This document shows, piece by piece, positions 26,553-35,027 of a stretch of DNA of 56,546 nucleotides. Made by a program: the position numbers and the translations under genes. Below the pieces are notes generated by a model. It was not told the origin of the DNA. It worked only from the letters and a program-made list of their open reading frames with translations, and made no database searches. Source of the DNA: Candidatus Micrarchaeota archaeon (GTDB lineage Archaea > Micrarchaeota > Micrarchaeia > Micrarchaeales > CABMGC01); contig DAHVAM010000001.1 of NCBI GenBank assembly GCA_027314605.1, positions 1-56,546 of the forward strand, given 5' to 3'. Position 1 is the stretch's first letter; every line of letters starts with the position of its first letter.

Positions 26553-27659
26553 TTATGTGAAGTTGTAATTTATATCCTGGACGCATGCCTGGTTGTATGT
26601 CGAGTTTTGTATATACCCGCAATAGGCTGTGTCGTTGTAAGCCCTGGCCAACGCATAGTAGCACTGGTTCTGGTCGGCTGTGCCGTTGATTCCGGAGCAG
26701 ACGCTCGCGTTCCTGCCTGACACTGCGCTTATGACGTCGGTAAGGGCGTAGCAGGACTGGAGATCGGCTCCTGTGTACTGCGAGCATACGCCGCGCAGCG
26801 AGGTGACATTTGCCGAGGATAAGTTTGCCGGGCTTGGCGCTGCGGCCTGCTTGTAGGCAACGCACAGGCCCTGCAGGCTTGCGTTGGCTATGCTGCTGCA
26901 CGAAGAGGTGTTTCCAGACGTCGAGGTTGCGGAGAGGTAGCAAAGATCCCTTGCGGAGTAGGCTTCGCCTGCGTTCTCAAGGTACTGCACAGGGTCTATG
27001 AAGGAAAGCCCTGCCGACTGGCTTGCATTTGCATGCACCTCTCCAGAGAGCGTGACCACGCCGTAGACAAAGCTCTGGTTAGCCGTGTCAGAGACACCGG
27101 CGCAATAGCCTGGATTGCCTGTTGACCTCGCGTTCGCGATATTGACGGCATTTGCGCACACGAGGGCATCAGTTGCGTTCGGTATGCCGGAGCATCCGAC
27201 CACGCTGTCCAGCTTAAGCGCAAGCGCCTCAATGCAGCCGCTTTCCTGAGATCCGTTCAAGGCGCCGCATGCCACATAGGAATCGCTTGCATTAGCTACC
27301 ATCTCGACGCACTGGTATTTTCCCGCAGATGTGGATATCCCAGAGCATGCCGCCGTGTTCCTTGTTGCCAAAGCTACCTCTGCATAACAGTAATCTGAGC
27401 TCGCCGGGGCAATGCCGCCGCATACCGACGCATTGCCTGTCGAAGCCGCAAGCGCGTAAAGGCAGGAGTACCTGTTCTGCGAGAGGACTATGTCCATGCA
27501 TCTGGAGAGGCCGTTCGACGGGCGCGGCTCCAAGGCCACCGCGAGCAGCGCCACGACAAGGAGCGCAGCGACTGCTATTGCGTATATTGTTAACTTCTCC
27601 CTCCTATCCAACTGCTCCAAAAGCCGCATGGCGTCCTTTTCCAGATTACCAACAATCAA
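26553..27659 (-). CDS. membrane-anchored extracellular Cys-rich repeat glycoprotein (about 10 units of C-x(8-11)-C-x3-hydrophobic-A)
   Basis: Anchor IYAIAVAALLVVALLAVAL. Repeats include VCGGIAPASSDYCYAEVALA, ACSGISTSAGKYQCVEMVANA, GCSGIPNATDALVCANAVNIA, VCSGINGTADQNQCYYALARA and YCGYIQNSTYNQACVQDI. I count 20 Cys, with many N-x-S/T sequons. Confidence 0.75.
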   Translation of the reverse strand: MIVGNLEKDAMRLLEQLDRREKLTIYAIAVAALLVVALLAVALEPRPSNGLSRCMDIVLSQNRYSCLYALAASTGNASVCGGIAPASSDYCYAEVALATRNTAACSGISTSAGKYQCVEMVANASDSYVACGALNGSQESGCIEALALKLDSVVGCSGIPNATDALVCANAVNIANARSTGNPGYCAGVSDTANQSFVYGVVTLSGEVHANASQSAGLSFIDPVQYLENAGEAYSARDLCYLSATSTSGNTSSCSSIANASLQGLCVAYKQAAAPSPANLSSANVTSLRGVCSQYTGADLQSCYALTDVISAVSGRNASVCSGINGTADQNQCYYALARAYNDTAYCGYIQNSTYNQACVQDINYNFT

Positions 27660-27709
27660 GAAACTTCAGCAAGCTTATTAATATTTCTTCTCTTTATTCA
27701 AACGATTGG

Positions 27710-28456
27710 ATGGACAAGCGTCTCCTCCTGGCAGGCATAGTGCTGATAGTGGCCGGCGCAGCCATAGCGATCGCGTACGCGTCGCAGAACTTCTCGGTGG
27801 CAGCGACAAGCGCGAGGCAGACTGTCTCGATAGCGCCAAACGGCATAGTCTATTCGCAGGTAACGCTAAACTCGTCCAACCTCCTCTACGTGGCTTATAA
27901 GGCAGGCAACAACACTCCTGTGGATTTCTACCTGGTCAGCAGCTCCGCCTTTTCAACACTGCTGCCGTACATAGAAAAGGGCAGCATACCTGCCAGCGTG
28001 CTCGCGGCCTACAAGGGCTCCGGCCTCTACATGGAGATGGAGAACAGCACGCAGGGCATATTCCCATACAACGCGTCGTACTCCTCGCAGGGCTTCACCA
28101 CGCCATCATACTACAACAACACTGCCATCCTCGGGAAGGGAACCTACTACATGATATACAGGAACCCCGGAAGCATAGCGTCGAACACCACATTCGGCTA
28201 TGTCCTGCCCAACGGCGCCCTTGTGAGCACAGCCACCGAGATCTCGACCTCCGGCCTCGGCCTTTACGGCGCGGTCTCCGCGCTGCTGATACTGGCAGGG
28301 CTGGTGGTCGCCGTGTGGTCGCTGCTCTCCGGCGGCAAGGAGCAGCAGGAAGTCTCCGAGGAACGCGAGGAGGAGGTGCGTAAACTCTACAAGCGCATCG
28401 GGGAAAAGGAAAAGAGGAAGACGCGCAAGGCAAGCCGAAGGGGAAGGAACATATAA
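27710..28456 (+). CDS. bitopic surface protein (N-terminal TM, beta-rich ectodomain, C-terminal TM plus Lys/Arg/Glu tail)
   Basis: The start is taken at ATG 27710 (MDKRLLLAGIVLIVAGAAIAIAY). The upstream 127 codons of the track ORF are R/P-rich and antisense to the Cys-rich gene. The C-terminus is LGLYGAVSALLILAGLVVAVWSLL plus EEREEEVRKLYKRIGEKEKRKTRK. Confidence 0.6.
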   Translation: MDKRLLLAGIVLIVAGAAIAIAYASQNFSVAATSARQTVSIAPNGIVYSQVTLNSSNLLYVAYKAGNNTPVDFYLVSSSAFSTLLPYIEKGSIPASVLAAYKGSGLYMEMENSTQGIFPYNASYSSQGFTTPSYYNNTAILGKGTYYMIYRNPGSIASNTTFGYVLPNGALVSTATEISTSGLGLYGAVSALLILAGLVVAVWSLLSGGKEQQEVSEEREEEVRKLYKRIGEKEKRKTRKASRRGRNI

Positions 28457-28534
28457 AAGTATTACACTCTTATAGGTGCTTAGCGGGAAACACGGCATCC
28501 GGCCGTGAGAGGTATCACCGCCAAGAAGATCAAA

Positions 28535-29269
28535 ATGGCAAGGGAAAAAGTCTCCTCGGGGATAGCAGGCCTGGACAAGATGCTAAACGGAGGCCTGCCC
28601 AAATCAAACCAGGTAGTCGTTGCCGGAGGCCCTGGAACCGGAAAGACGCTGCTCTGCCTTGAGTTCCTCTACAGGGGAGCGCTTGCAGGCGAGACGTCGA
28701 TATTCTTTTCTCTGGAGGAGGAGACGGGCATGATAATCGCGAACATGAAGGAGGCATACGGCCAATTCACCGAGATAGACAGGCTCATAGCGGAGGGGAA
28801 GCTCGTGATCAAGGGCACCGACCAGGCATCCTCCCTCATACAGAAGGACAAGAAAGGGAACATCTTCACGTTCACCACGACGATAGCCGACATAGAGTCT
28901 GCAGTCGTCGAGCACAGCGCCACAAAGGTCGCCATCGACTCCATCTCGGTGATGAAGCTTTTCGTAAAGGACCCTTTCGAATACAGGAGCGTCTCTACCT
29001 CACTGGTATCCATGCTGAGGAAGCAGAACGTGACGGCGCTTCTGACAATGGAAATAGAGACGTCTGAGAAGGAAAGGCTGACATTCGAGCCGGAGTTCTT
29101 CGTCTACGACGGGATAATAATACTCTACCTGAGCGGCGGCCAGGAGGAGAACAGGGTTCCTACAATCGAAGTCATCAAGATGAGGGGAACGCAGCACAGC
29201 TTCTCCACAGTGCCATACGAGATAACCCCTAACGGGATAAACCTGCTTCTGATACCGCACAAGGAATAA
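28535..29269 (+). CDS. single-domain KaiC/RecA-superfamily ATPase (COG0467-like)
   Basis: SSGIAGLDKMLNGGLPKSNQVVVAGGPGTGKTLLCLEFLY (Walker A), VAIDSISV (Walker B-like) and IEVIKMRGTQHS. The ATG at 28535 is preferred over the GTG at 28505. Confidence 0.85.
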   Translation: MAREKVSSGIAGLDKMLNGGLPKSNQVVVAGGPGTGKTLLCLEFLYRGALAGETSIFFSLEEETGMIIANMKEAYGQFTEIDRLIAEGKLVIKGTDQASSLIQKDKKGNIFTFTTTIADIESAVVEHSATKVAIDSISVMKLFVKDPFEYRSVSTSLVSMLRKQNVTALLTMEIETSEKERLTFEPEFFVYDGIIILYLSGGQEENRVPTIEVIKMRGTQHSFSTVPYEITPNGINLLLIPHKE

Positions 29270-29276
29270 ATAGCCT

Positions 29277-29669
29277 TTAGGATCCGCGCGCCTTACGCTC
29301 CTCCTGCATCTTGTTGGCAAGATTGACCAGTGCGACCGAGTCCTTGTATGTCAGTCCTACCAACCACTTCAGGTTTCCTTCCCTCTCCTCATGCTCGCCT
29401 ATCAGGCTGAAGTGTATCCTGCCGAATATTATGCCGCGCTCAACCCTTACCTCTGTTATGTGGTCGTACCTTATCATCTTGACTGTCTTGTGGATTCCTA
29501 CGATGTGCCTCCTGATCATTATTATCCGCTTGTTGGTCGCATAGGCATGAACAGGCCCTATCCATCTTCCGCCTCCCAGCCTGTGCTCCACCACTTCCAG
29601 GACGACCTTCTCGTCCGCCCCGAGGAGGTCCTTGAGGATAGCGTACTCCCTCGTCTTCTCCCTTACCAA
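29277..29669 (-). CDS. bacterial-type PH domain protein (bPH_2 / DUF304-like)
   Basis: YATNKRIIMIRRHIVGIHKTVKMIRYDHITEVRVERGIIFGRIHFSL is the characteristic pattern. Confidence 0.7.
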   Translation of the reverse strand: MVREKTREYAILKDLLGADEKVVLEVVEHRLGGGRWIGPVHAYATNKRIIMIRRHIVGIHKTVKMIRYDHITEVRVERGIIFGRIHFSLIGEHEEREGNLKWLVGLTYKDSVALVNLANKMQEERKARGS

Positions 29670-29775
29670 TCGATTACCGGTATGAACTGCCTGACAACCT
29701 CTAAATTACTTTGGCAGGTTTATCCCTCCGCAAGCCTCTGGCAGATTTTTATTTCTTGGTGTTTATTTGTAAGGC

Positions 29776-30600
29776 ATGTTCGCAGCCCAATCCGCGATGG
29801 AATACCTGATGACCTACGGCTGGGCGATACTAATCATCGCAGTGGTTCTGGGAGCCCTCTTCGGCCTCGGCTTCTTCAACTCCGCGAATCTTGCACCGAA
29901 AGTTTCCGCAGGCGCATGCCAGGTCTACAGGCCACACGGGCCTGGGACAACTTCCTTCATAAACCTTGAGGGGACGTGCAACAACGAGCTGCCGCAGTAC
30001 GTGGCGCAATTTAATGGAGCAAGCAGCAACATTTTATTAAACAGTGCGATAACTGCTGGCACCACTATGACATATTCAGCATGGATAAATCCTATCTCTT
30101 ATGGCTCAACGCCGACCTTGCCGATAATGGGAACTGGCGGGCTTGTTAATTATGTACTTTATTACAACAATGACTACTTATATGTTGGCGGTAACGGGGT
30201 GCAAATTAATTGGGTTGTCGGAGTATTGAATAATAAATGGGATTTGATAACAGTTACAAACACAGGAACTACTGTCACATTATATCTAAACGGAATTAGT
30301 TTAGGTCCCCAGACCTTGTCCACGCCTATAACAACAGTAGCCTCTCTCGGGTTCGGACAGGCTAACTATTTTGATGGTTCAATCTCCAACGTACAACTCT
30401 ACAACACCTCCCTCTCCGCCAACGAGGTGACTGCGCTCTACGACGAGGGCATTGGCGGCGTGCCGCTGAACCTCAATAATCTTGTCGGATGGTGGCCGCT
30501 CAACGGCAACGCCAACGACTACTCTGGAAATCTCAACAACGGCGTTCCTACAAACGTGGTCTTCACCAGCTCCTGGACCAACAGCTACACCGCGCCATGA
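29776..30600 (+). CDS. archaeal type IV pilin-like protein (class III signal peptide) fused to a LamG/concanavalin-A-like lectin domain
   Basis: MFAAQSAMEYLMTYGWAILIIAVVLGALFGLGFF gives +1 Gln and +5 Glu if cut after MFAA. The LamG_3-like part is MTYSAWINP..., WDLITVTNTGTTVTLYLNGISLG and ANYFDGSISNVQLYNTSLSANEVTALYDEG. Confidence 0.8.
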   Translation: MFAAQSAMEYLMTYGWAILIIAVVLGALFGLGFFNSANLAPKVSAGACQVYRPHGPGTTSFINLEGTCNNELPQYVAQFNGASSNILLNSAITAGTTMTYSAWINPISYGSTPTLPIMGTGGLVNYVLYYNNDYLYVGGNGVQINWVVGVLNNKWDLITVTNTGTTVTLYLNGISLGPQTLSTPITTVASLGFGQANYFDGSISNVQLYNTSLSANEVTALYDEGIGGVPLNLNNLVGWWPLNGNANDYSGNLNNGVPTNVVFTSSWTNSYTAP

Positions 30601-31290
30601 TCAGATGTTGCTGAGCCTGAGCTTGAGCTCGTCGGCATTCAGTTTGGTGGTGAGAAGCGGTATGTGCTCTATCTGCGCTATCTTGATGGCGAGCTTGTCA
30701 ACCTGGTCAAGATTCTGTATCACAACTATCTTCGGCTTTATCGGTGCAACTCTTACCACCACCATCGGCGACCTGCCGGTGCTGACCTGGTCGAAGATGA
30801 ACGCACGCTCTGTCGTCGTCCCGAACAGCCTTGGATAATCGGAAGGCGAAATCTCCAATATGACGCGCAGGCTGTCGAGCATTGTATAGCCGAAGAGCTT
30901 TATAGTGTCGAGATAATTGGGGTTTGCCACTATCTTCGCGTCTATGAGCCTTGCGAAGTCCACTCCGCTGATAGGCGTGGAGAAGTCGTGCAGGAAGAAG
31001 AACGAGCTCTCCTCCTTCGGCTTGCTGAACTTCTGCAGGTTCCTCGCAACCTCCCCTCCCTTCCCCTGGTCTATCTCGATCAGTGCCGCTATGAACCTCT
31101 TTATTATTCCAACTCCGGGGCTTGCCCTCCTGTTCCCCTCATAATCGCTTATCGTTGATGTCGAGATCTTGAGATGTTTCGCCAGTTCAACCTGGGATAT
31201 GCCGAAGAGCTCCCTCCATTTCTTCATGGTGCTTCCCGGCGCATCGGATAGCGTTATCTCCCCTGCTATCCATTCCTGCAGCGAGTCCAT
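30601..31290 (-). CDS. XRE-type HTH transcriptional regulator with an uncharacterised C-terminal domain (COG1709-like)
   Basis: MKKWRELFGISQVELAKHLKISTSTISDYEGNRRASPG is a classic HTH_3 motif. It abuts the pilin-LamG gene stop (30600/30601). Confidence 0.75.
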   Translation of the reverse strand: MDSLQEWIAGEITLSDAPGSTMKKWRELFGISQVELAKHLKISTSTISDYEGNRRASPGVGIIKRFIAALIEIDQGKGGEVARNLQKFSKPKEESSFFFLHDFSTPISGVDFARLIDAKIVANPNYLDTIKLFGYTMLDSLRVILEISPSDYPRLFGTTTERAFIFDQVSTGRSPMVVVRVAPIKPKIVVIQNLDQVDKLAIKIAQIEHIPLLTTKLNADELKLRLSNI

Positions 31291-31598
31291 TACAATACCG
31301 GAATAATATTGCCAGATAGGATTTTTAAAGGCTCGCTAGTGACGTTCATGTCTACGACCAGAAGCGAAGACTCCCGGAAGGCTACGAAGAGCCTGAGTAT
31401 GGCTATAACAAGCACGACAGGCAACTCGGACAGCGCCGTGGCTATGACCGCCTGAAGGCTGTAAGGTATGCTGAGGCCGGAAAGCCAGTCGATGACGAAG
31501 ATCGCAAGGCTTCGGCAGCCATGGCAAAGGAACCGGGAGAACGGTTCAACAAGCGGGGCCTGAAGAACACAGCAGAAATACGTCTTGTAAGGCTTCAA
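31290..31598 (-). CDS. possible small membrane protein (weak)
   Basis: 102-aa ORF with two hydrophobic stretches. Its TAA overlaps the downstream ATG (TAATG). No homology is recognised. Confidence 0.3.
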   Translation of the reverse strand: MKPYKTYFCCVLQAPLVEPFSRFLCHGCRSLAIFVIDWLSGLSIPYSLQAVIATALSELPVVLVIAILRLFVAFRESSLLVVDMNVTSEPLKILSGNIIPVL

Positions 31599-31668
31599 GT
31601 AACAAATAAAGTAAACGTAAGAAATGCGGCAGAAGTTTTAAATAATCACACATATATACTATAAATAG

Positions 31669-31911
31669 GTGACAACAGTGGACATTGAGATATACGGATT
31701 TACAGCAAAAGTAACAATAAGCGAAGGCACTTATTCTGGGGAAATAGAAGACCTGCATGTAATTACACAAGCAAAAAGCCTCAAGCAGCTTAAAAACCGG
31801 CTAGAGGAAGCCGCTGAGCTCACCATAGATTCTTTGCTTAAACACCCTGAAGAAGCAAGACATTATCCTACTTCTGTTTCTAAAAAACTGGGACTCAAAG
31901 TCTATGCCTAA
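31669..31911 (+). CDS. hicB: HicB-like antitoxin (UPF0150 fold)
   Basis: YGFTAKVTISEGTYSGEIEDLHVITQAKSLKQLKNRLEEAAELTIDSLL matches the HicB N-domain pattern (...y.a.vpdl.g..tqg.tleEa..n.kEAi.l...). It has a GTG start and overlaps hicA by 8 nt. Confidence 0.65.
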   Translation: MTTVDIEIYGFTAKVTISEGTYSGEIEDLHVITQAKSLKQLKNRLEEAAELTIDSLLKHPEEARHYPTSVSKKLGLKVYA

Positions 31912-32122
31912 ACGGCCAAGATATTTCGATATAGCAAAGGTGCTGATGAAATATTATGGGTACACCCTCAAAAGTAGGAAAGGAAGACACGTCTGGCTTA
32001 TTGACGGCTCAGGCCATAGAACAACGATTCTTGCAACAAACGAACGGATAAACATGTATAATTACAAGTCCATACTAAAACAAACTGGGCTTACGGAAGA
32101 AGACATAGAAAAATATCTCTGA
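31904..32122 (+). CDS. hicA: HicA-like mRNA interferase toxin
   Basis: KVLMKYYGYTLKSRKGRHVWLIDGSGHRTTILATNERINMYNYKSILKQTGLTEEDIEKYL fits the HicA/YcfA pattern (G-S/R-H ... tv..h...i....l..Il+q.gl). The line 31921-31980 is 35% GC by hand count. Confidence 0.7.
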   Translation: MPKRPRYFDIAKVLMKYYGYTLKSRKGRHVWLIDGSGHRTTILATNERINMYNYKSILKQTGLTEEDIEKYL

Positions 32123-32286
32123 AATTCTTGCGGAGGGTGTGATTTGAACACACGCATTCACTAAAGAAAACAGGCCCTGAACCTGCCGCATTTGGCCAAG
32201 CTCTGCCACCTCCGCATTAGTAGCTATACAATGCACTGCAAAGTAATATATTTATTTGACATTAGCCATATCTAATTGGAGTTACG

Positions 32287-33456
32287 ATGCATATAGGACT
32301 GGTAGGCGCGCCGAACAAGGGCAAGAGCACCATCTTCTCCGCAATGACGCTTGTAGACGCAGGCATAGCGGATTATCCTTTCACTACGATAAAGCCGAAC
32401 CTGGGGGTTGCGTACGCAACCAAACCCTGCCCCGAGAGGGAGCTCGGGATTAAGTGCAATCCCCGCAACTCACTGTGCGCCGATGGGATCAGGCAAATCC
32501 CGATCAATATCACTGACATCGCGGGCCTTGTTCCAGGAGCACACATGGGCAAGGGCATGGGAACCCAGTTCCTCAACGACATAATGGCAGCAGACTCGGT
32601 AATACAGGTAGTTGACCTGAGCGGAGAGACCGATGTTCATGGAAAGCCGGGAAAGGGGATCGACCAGTCAGAAGACGTCAAGATGGTTGCAGAAGAGATG
32701 GCCGGCTGGCTTTCGGGGATAATAGAGGGCCATATGCCGCAGCTCTCCAAGAAAAAAGACGGCTGCGAGGCATTGATGGAACTGCTCTCCATATTCAAGC
32801 CGACCGAGGAGCAGATCAGGGAGTCTGCGGAGGAGAACGGGATAACGATATCCAACATATTCTGGAACCATGAGTCGTCCTACAAGTTTTCAAAATCATT
32901 TTTGATAAAAAACAAGCCCATCCTGATAGCTGCGAACAAGATGGACAAATCAATGCCAGGCTCCCTTCAAAAGCTGCGGGAAAAGCTGGCGAACTACGAC
33001 GTCGTGGGCTGCTCCGGCGCAATCGAGCTCGCGCTGAAGAAGGCGGCAAAGGCAGGCGTGATAGACTACAGGCCAGGCGCAGGAGAGTTCTCCATAAGGG
33101 AGAATGCCACTGCAGAGCAGAGGAAGGCGCTGGAGTACATGCTCTCCTATCTCAGGAGCAACAAGAGCACTGGCGTGCAGGAGCTGATAAACGAATCGGT
33201 CTTCTCCATCGCCGGAAACATCGCAGTCTATCCTGTGGAGAATGAAAGCAGGTTTTCAGACAGTTCGGGCAACGTCCTTCCCGACGTCCTGCTGCTCAAG
33301 AAGGGCTCCACTGCCTTGGACATGGCCAGGAGGATACACACTGAGATAGCTGACAGGATGCTCTATGCCCTCGACGCAAGAAGCAAGATGAGGCTCGCCA
33401 AGGACCATGTCCTCAAGGATGGCGACGTGATAAGGATAGTGAGTACAGCCAAGTGA
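32287..33456 (+). CDS. Obg/DRG-class GTPase with a C-terminal TGS domain
   Basis: G1 GLVGAPNKGKST, G2 YPFTT, G3 DIAGLVPGA, G4 AANKMDK, and a TGS-like C-terminus LKDGDVIRIVS. Confidence 0.88.
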   Translation: MHIGLVGAPNKGKSTIFSAMTLVDAGIADYPFTTIKPNLGVAYATKPCPERELGIKCNPRNSLCADGIRQIPINITDIAGLVPGAHMGKGMGTQFLNDIMAADSVIQVVDLSGETDVHGKPGKGIDQSEDVKMVAEEMAGWLSGIIEGHMPQLSKKKDGCEALMELLSIFKPTEEQIRESAEENGITISNIFWNHESSYKFSKSFLIKNKPILIAANKMDKSMPGSLQKLREKLANYDVVGCSGAIELALKKAAKAGVIDYRPGAGEFSIRENATAEQRKALEYMLSYLRSNKSTGVQELINESVFSIAGNIAVYPVENESRFSDSSGNVLPDVLLLKKGSTALDMARRIHTEIADRMLYALDARSKMRLAKDHVLKDGDVIRIVSTAK

Positions 33457-33549
33457 GGAGAGCCTTTATATTCCTTCTCAAAGAGATGGGATTCAGCAAT
33501 CAGATCTATGCGACCAGATCTGAGATGAAACCTGCAACCTGACCCACGG

Positions 33550-34131
33550 GTGCAAAATATGTCCAACCCTACTTTAAGGAAATCCGGAGCCGAGCCTGCA
33601 GTGCCTGAGGACAAAGGCAGGCATACCGCAAATGCGCCTGCATCTGAACTCGCAGAGATCGCGAGAGACAGTAAGGCGGGGAAGGGAGGCAGCCTGCTCC
33701 AGGCGCTGCGCAGAGGTCCCTTATACAGTTACGCTGTCGATACCTGCGCGGCCATCTCTTTTTCTGTGCCTACCTGCATGTTCAACGAAGTGATCATAAA
33801 CAACATGGAGCTTGAGGAATCGATAAGGGCCAGGGGGATGGGGGCGTTGGCGGCTGTCTTCACGGCAAGGCCTTACGGCAAGTTCAGGGATTTTGTCTAC
33901 AGCAAGACAGGGACGACAGAGAAGAGCGGAATTGCGAGAAGGGCAGCGGCAGACATGGTGGCCTCAGCCACATTCTCCCCGCTGTATTCATGCATACTGC
34001 TTGCCTCTGGCGCAGACCTCAAGCACGCCCTGTCAGGGACCACGACGGCATTGGTGATGGGGGCTTTAACCAGCGCGCCTTACGGGATCTTCCTTGACAA
34101 GGCAAGGAGGCTCTTCGGAGCGAGCCGATAA
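33550..34131 (+). CDS. AlaE (L-alanine exporter, PF06610)-like small membrane protein with an N-terminal extension of about 50 aa
   Basis: YAVDTCAAISFSVPTCMFNEVIINNMELEESIRARG...ARPYGKFRDFVY...ATFSPLYSCILLASGADLKHALSGTTTALVMGALTSAPYGIFLDKARRLFG aligns along its length with the remembered E. coli AlaE ([31 protein letters not shown]...WPYGMYRDLF...[51 protein letters not shown]). Confidence 0.65.
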   Translation: MQNMSNPTLRKSGAEPAVPEDKGRHTANAPASELAEIARDSKAGKGGSLLQALRRGPLYSYAVDTCAAISFSVPTCMFNEVIINNMELEESIRARGMGALAAVFTARPYGKFRDFVYSKTGTTEKSGIARRAAADMVASATFSPLYSCILLASGADLKHALSGTTTALVMGALTSAPYGIFLDKARRLFGASR

Positions 34132-34186
34132 TCCACAAACTCTTATAAGCTTTGATTGCCCATGATAATCCGAGAAATAGGGGGAA

Positions 34187-35020
34187 ATGATGAAGGTATT
34201 CAAGCAGAACAACAAGCTGGCAGTCTACCTGTCTCCTGAGGCAGCAAAGGAGCTGGGCATAGAGGAGAATGATGATGTTGATTTCTTCAAGTACAGCGAC
34301 AAGGCCTTCCTTTTCATGAAGAAGTCCGAGGTGGCGAACCTGCTCGCCGGGATAACGTCTGTCCCGCAGCCTGTGATCCAGAGGGGCGGCGACTACATAG
34401 GCGTAGAGGAGATTGCCGTCTTAAAGAAACTGGACACAATAAGGTATCCGCAGAGGACACTGGAAAAGATAAACGACATCCTGAACGCGCAGGAGAAGGC
34501 CCTGCTTCAGCAATTAATCCGGAAGAAGGCTGTAAACCCGTTCAAAAAGGGGAATGTCGAGCTTTACGGCATATCCAAATCGATCTATGACAAGTTCCTG
34601 ATGAGGAAGAAGCCCTCGCAGGGAGAGGCAAGCCCGTCTGTGCAATCAAAGCCCATCGAGAGGATGCATATAGAAGGGCCGTACGCGCCGCTGATAAGGT
34701 CGCTAGAAGAGAGAGGCTACCTGGTGGTGCAGACGGAGGCTGAGGCCGGAGGGGTATCGCTTGCCTTGGAGGACAGGATAAGGCATGGGAAGGTCCTAGG
34801 CACCAGATCGTTCAACAAGAGATTCTACATAGTGACAAGGCAGTTCTTCGACCAGCACAATCCGGCGATAATCAAGGCGATGCGCGAAGGCGCAAGCAAG
34901 GTCGCGGAGATCGCCGACAAGGCGAGGATGCCTGAGGAAGGATCCAGGGCGATACTCTATCTTCTTGCCGAGAACGGTGACGTGAGGGAGAGGAGGAAGG
35001 ACAGCTTCACCCTCGCGTGA
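34187..35020 (+). CDS. hypothetical protein (AbrB/SpoVT-like N-terminus, winged-helix-like C-terminus)
   Basis: KLAVYLSPEAAKELGIEENDDVDFFKYSDKAFLF at the N-terminus and SKVAEIADKARMPEEGSRAILYLLAENGDVRERRKD at the C-terminus. Composition is window-typical. Confidence 0.6.
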   Translation: MMKVFKQNNKLAVYLSPEAAKELGIEENDDVDFFKYSDKAFLFMKKSEVANLLAGITSVPQPVIQRGGDYIGVEEIAVLKKLDTIRYPQRTLEKINDILNAQEKALLQQLIRKKAVNPFKKGNVELYGISKSIYDKFLMRKKPSQGEASPSVQSKPIERMHIEGPYAPLIRSLEERGYLVVQTEAEAGGVSLALEDRIRHGKVLGTRSFNKRFYIVTRQFFDQHNPAIIKAMREGASKVAEIADKARMPEEGSRAILYLLAENGDVRERRKDSFTLA

Positions 35021-35027
35021 TGGTTGC

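Noticed and set aside
27329-27709. N-terminal 127 codons of the 27329..28456 ORF
   Set aside because: They are Arg/Pro/Ser-rich and antisense to the Cys-rich repeat gene. The ATG at 27710 is immediately followed by a signal-anchor helix and preceded by an AT-rich promoter spacer.
28505-30600. KaiC-like ATPase plus PH-domain protein plus pilin-LamG as a FlaH-like filament assembly cassette
   Set aside because: The three genes are on different strands with separate promoters. No FlaI/FlaJ-type components are present, and single-domain KaiC-like ATPases are common in archaea. The adjacency alone is insufficient.
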